This document shows, piece by piece, positions 60,270 through 64,000 of a DNA stretch of 64,000 nucleotides. Each line of letters starts with the position of its first letter. The first letter of the stretch is position 1. The DNA comes from Promethearchaeota archaeon. Lineage in GTDB: Archaea > Asgardarchaeota > Lokiarchaeia > Sigyniarchaeales > SOKP01. The stretch is taken from assembly GCA_019058295.1 (NCBI GenBank), contig JAHPZI010000002.1:92076-156075 (forward strand). The letters run 5' to 3'. A program made the position numbers and the translations under genes. The notes under the pieces were generated by a model. The model was not told the origin of the DNA. It saw only the letters and a program-made list of their open reading frames with translations, and made no database searches.

Positions 60270-61568
60270 TTATTTTCCACCTCCCTTAAGAAATTCTTGT
60301 TCATCATAATCCTTCAATTCATCTAATTCCAAGCCAAAGTATTCTGTCTCATAGATAATTTCACCTTTTTTAGCTAATTCTAAAGATTTATGAACTCCCT
60401 CTATGATATGTTCACTTCTCACATCTCTTCCTCCCAAGCCAACGATAAAACCCTTGATAAAAGGAGGATTTTTTAAGCCATAAAGTGCCGCTTTCAATTC
60501 GTATGATAAAACACCTTCATATCCATATCCTATTTCTCTGTCAAAAACAATTATATTTTTTATACCTTTAAAAAACTCTCTCAAGTATTTTATGGGGAAA
60601 GGTCTGAACAATCTTAAACTCACTAAACCTATTTTCAATCCTTCTTCTCGGAGTTTCTCGATTACGGTTCTCGCTTGAGCAGATACTGACCCCATGGCGA
60701 AGATAATTGTATCCGCATCATCTGTCTTATATGTTTTAAATAATCCATTGCCATAGGCTCTACCGAATTTTTTAGTAAATTCATCATGCACTTCTTTTAT
60801 AACGTTAATGGAATTTTCTAGCGCTTTTTGCAGAGAATACCTAAATTCATAATAACCAGGAGCTGTTCCTTCTTTTCTTTTTATTATATTAGGAGTTGTC
60901 ACTGGTCCTACTCCTTTTACTTGAGAGATATCTGATAAATTAATATGATGATTCAAAGGGGGTAAGAACGTATCAATATCTTCTTGATTCTCTAATTCAA
61001 TAGGCATCATAGTGTGAGATAAAATATATCCATCATAAGCAACAATAGTTGGTATGTTTACTCTAGGATCTTCAGCTATTTTAAATGCTTGGATATTAGT
61101 GTCATAAATCTCTTGATTATCTTCACACATAAATTGAATCCAACCAACATCTCTTATCGTAATAAAATCTGAATGATCATCCCAGACTGACCATGGTGCA
61201 CCACAACTTCGGGTTGCTAAATTTATTACAATCGGTAATCGAGTTCCCGAAGCCCATGGCAGAAGCTCATACATTAACATAAGCCCATGGGCAGAGGTCG
61301 CAGTCCCAACTCTTGAGCCGGTAGCTGATGCTGCACAGCAAGCTGCTGCTGCTGAATGTTCAGATTCGACTAATAAGAATCTTGCTTTTAATTTACCTTT
61401 TTCTATAAATTCAGAAATTTTTTCTACAACAGGACTTTGGGGAGTTATTGGATATGCTGACATAACACCTACTCTTGCTTGCCTTAATGCATAAGCAGCT
61501 GCGTGATTACCAGTTAAGATTTTCACTTTTTTCTTTGAATTGACCACATTTTTTCCACTAACATTCAT
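60270..61568 (-). CDS. porA: 2-oxoacid:ferredoxin oxidoreductase alpha subunit
   Basis: GNHAAA, AYPITPQS, ESEHSA, RLFRPFP and GLGGRD motifs. Confidence 0.9.
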   Translation of the reverse strand: MNVSGKNVVNSKKKVKILTGNHAAAYALRQARVGVMSAYPITPQSPVVEKISEFIEKGKLKARFLLVESEHSAAAACCAASATGSRVGTATSAHGLMLMYELLPWASGTRLPIVINLATRSCGAPWSVWDDHSDFITIRDVGWIQFMCEDNQEIYDTNIQAFKIAEDPRVNIPTIVAYDGYILSHTMMPIELENQEDIDTFLPPLNHHINLSDISQVKGVGPVTTPNIIKRKEGTAPGYYEFRYSLQKALENSINVIKEVHDEFTKKFGRAYGNGLFKTYKTDDADTIIFAMGSVSAQARTVIEKLREEGLKIGLVSLRLFRPFPIKYLREFFKGIKNIIVFDREIGYGYEGVLSYELKAALYGLKNPPFIKGFIVGLGGRDVRSEHIIEGVHKSLELAKKGEIIYETEYFGLELDELKDYDEQEFLKGGGK

Positions 61569-61864
61569 TCATACTTCACCTCTTCCATCGATATCGCTTT
61601 CACGGGACATTCCTCCATACATATCCCGCATCCTTTGCAATATTCTAAATTTATTTTAGGGGGGATTTCTCGAGAAACAACGGTTTCAGGGCAATACAAC
61701 CAACAATTAAAACAACTAAATTTCCCAGATTTCGCTGGAATGCATTTTTCTAAATCAATAACTGGTTTTAATCTGCTCCATGTTCCCGTTTTTCCTGCTT
61801 CGCCTATTACTGGTTTTTGAACAGAAGCAAGTATTTTCTGGTAATCTTTTTTTAAATCTGTCAT
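61565..61864 (-). CDS. porD: 2-oxoacid:ferredoxin oxidoreductase delta subunit
   Basis: KTGTW..KPVID, CFNCWLYCPE and YCKGCGICMEECP motifs. Confidence 0.9.
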   Translation of the reverse strand: MTDLKKDYQKILASVQKPVIGEAGKTGTWSRLKPVIDLEKCIPAKSGKFSCFNCWLYCPETVVSREIPPKINLEYCKGCGICMEECPVKAISMEEVKYE

Positions 61865-62148
61865 GGAAATACCAAAATTAGTTTTGACTATTACGCAATT
61901 TAATAACTCTTGAAATAAAACTCTTTTCTTTATTATTTTACTGAAATTTATTTAAAAATATTATAAAAATTAAATATATGTTATAATGCGTAGAAACAAC
62001 AATAAAAAGTAAGAAATATATATTTAATACTTCCTTATTCATTTTGAACAAATTAATTATTCTGATTAATTTTAAGAGTATTAAATTTTTATATTAAAAG
62101 CAATTAGCAAGAAGAAACGGTGGCAAAAGTCTTGAATGAAGATATTAA

Positions 62149-64000
62149 AAAAAAAATTCTGAAAAGAGATTTCGAATTATTTTAGAAAATTCATACGATT
62201 TAATCATTATTCTTAATGAAAGATCGGAATATGAATATCTAAACGAAACAGCTCATTTAAAAATAACGGGTTATACCAGAGAAGAATTAATATCCAAACC
62301 TTTATTAGAATTTGTTCATCCTGATGATAAAGAAAAAGCTGAAAAAGAACTAAAAAAAGCTTTTGAATTAGGAGAAGCTTCAGCAGATTTAAGGTTTAAA
62401 AATAAAAGAGGTTCTTATGGATGGATCCATGGTAAAGGTAAGTCTTTTATTGATCATGATGGAAAAAGAAAACTTCTCATAATCGCAAGAGATATAACAG
62501 AGCGTAAAAAAATTGAAAATGCTTTAAAAAAGAGTAAGCAGAAGTATAAAAATCTATTTAAATCTATCCCAGATGGTATTGTAACTACTACTTTGGATGG
62601 AACATTTCTCAGTGCCAATCAAGCTTATCAGAATATGCTTGGGTATAACTTAGATGAACTTAAAAACATGAATTTCCAATTAATCACTCCAGAGAAATGG
62701 CGAGAGGCTGAAGCAGAGGCGATAAAGTCTTTCATGCCTAAGGGTTATGGAACATTTGAAAAGGAATATATAAGAAAAGACGGATCAATAATTCCTATAT
62801 CCTTAACAGCATGGTTAATCAAGGATGAGCAGGGAAATCCTATTAAATTAGCTGGTTATGTTGAAGATATAACCGAACGCAAAAAGGTTGAACGTGAATT
62901 AAAGGAATCTGAAGAATTTCTTAAAATTATAATAGAGAAAGCTGTTCCTCCATTTGTAATCATTGATTTTGAAGGTAATATATTGATGGTAAACGAAACA
63001 GCATTAAAATTTTCAGGTTATTCAAGAGAAGAAGTTTTAAAAATGAATGCCTCTGATATAGCTCTTGAAATTATGCCAATGGACCATAGAAAAAATATTT
63101 GGGAGAGATTAGAATTTGGCGAACAAATTGAAGTTTCAGGAACACAAAAGCGAAAAGATGGAAGCGTATTTCCTACTGAAACTACATTAGTTAAGTTAAA
63201 ATTAAAAGATCAACCCGTAATCGTAGCATTTTTTCGGGATATTACCGAGCGCAAGGAAGAAGAGCAAAAATTAAAGGTATCCGAAGAAATGTATCGATTA
63301 ATTTCTGAAAATGCACATGATATAATTTCATTATTAAATAGTGAAGGAAAGTTCATATATTGTAATGAAGCTTTCAAAAGAATATTAGGGTATGAACCTG
63401 AGGAAATAATTGGAATTCCAACATCTGAACTTGCCCATCCTGAAGATTTAGATATAGTGTATCGCGATTTTAAAAAATTAATTCAAACGGGCTCAGTAAA
63501 AAATGAAGCTAGAGTTCTATGTAAAGATGGTTCCTATAAATGGCTTGAATCATTTTTTAAAGGGATACGTGATGAAAATAATAAAATAATAAAATTAATA
63601 GGAATCTCGAGAGATATTACAGAACCTAAGGAAGCAGAACAAAAATTAAAAGAATCCGAGGAGCGTTTTCGAAAAATTTTTGAAGAGGGGCCTCTCGGTA
63701 TGGCGATTGTGAATTTAGATTATACATTTACGAAGGTTAATACGAGGTTTTGCAATATGTTAGGGTATACAGAGAATGAACTGACTAACATTGCATTTCA
63801 AGATATAACTCATCCTGAAGATAAAAATAAAGATACTAATCTTGCGGAAAAATTGTTTAGAGGAGATATACCATTTTATACTATTGAAAAACGTTTTATT
63901 AAAAAGAATAAAGATATTTTGTGGGGTAGTGTAACTGCTTCGACAATTCGAGATAAGAATGGAAATCCAATTTATGGTATAGGAATGGTTGAAGATATTA
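62149..64000 (+). CDS. Multi-PAS domain sensor protein (probably a histidine kinase), 3' partial, with its start disrupted at an A10 tract
   Basis: Frame is open from 62149 to the window end with five PAS/PAC units (SEKRFR, VHPDD, RDITERK repeats). Not in the ORF track because it has no stop within the window. Confidence 0.85.

Noticed and set aside
221-61820. Numerous short antisense or overlapping ORFs in the track (e.g. 221-490, 12350-12796, 28090-28410, 32039-32356, 50145-50519, 56025-56339)
   Set aside because: They overlap well-supported genes and carry no recognisable motifs.

Overview
This is an AT-rich, gene-dense chromosomal segment that looks archaeal, most likely Asgard (Lokiarchaeia-like). 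That assignment is an inference from archaeal housekeeping genes (Rpo3, eL18, thermosome, TrmI, Rio2, SmAP, archaeal GlyA) occurring with eukaryotic-signature-type proteins (a Rag/Arf-like GTPase with a C-terminal roadblock-like extension, a HEAT+LRR protein, a PPP phosphatase) and a multi-PAS sensor. The first 19 kb is a one-carbon region: an MtaA/UROD-family methyltransferase, a corrinoid protein, two metV-metF pairs (one in an hdrA-mvhD/hdrC/hdrB operon) and two paralogous unknown membrane proteins. After that come a GTPase-wHTH fusion, twin MFS transporters, PEPCK, a six-bladed kelch surface protein, a ThDP enzyme/Zn-dehydrogenase pair and a housekeeping block. The best candidate for an undescribed system is 48810-51438: a circularly permuted ATP-grasp ligase coupled to an M14 carboxypeptidase, a possible peptide-tag writer/eraser pair, downstream of FmdE, GNAT and Clp1 genes. 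Two genes are missing from the ORF track: a GGCT with an apparent CTG start, and a multi-PAS protein that is out of frame at an A10 tract. A perfect 30-bp palindrome covers the thermosome TATA box. I saw no rRNA, tRNA, CRISPR array or transposase. All calls come from motif reading only; no searches were run.
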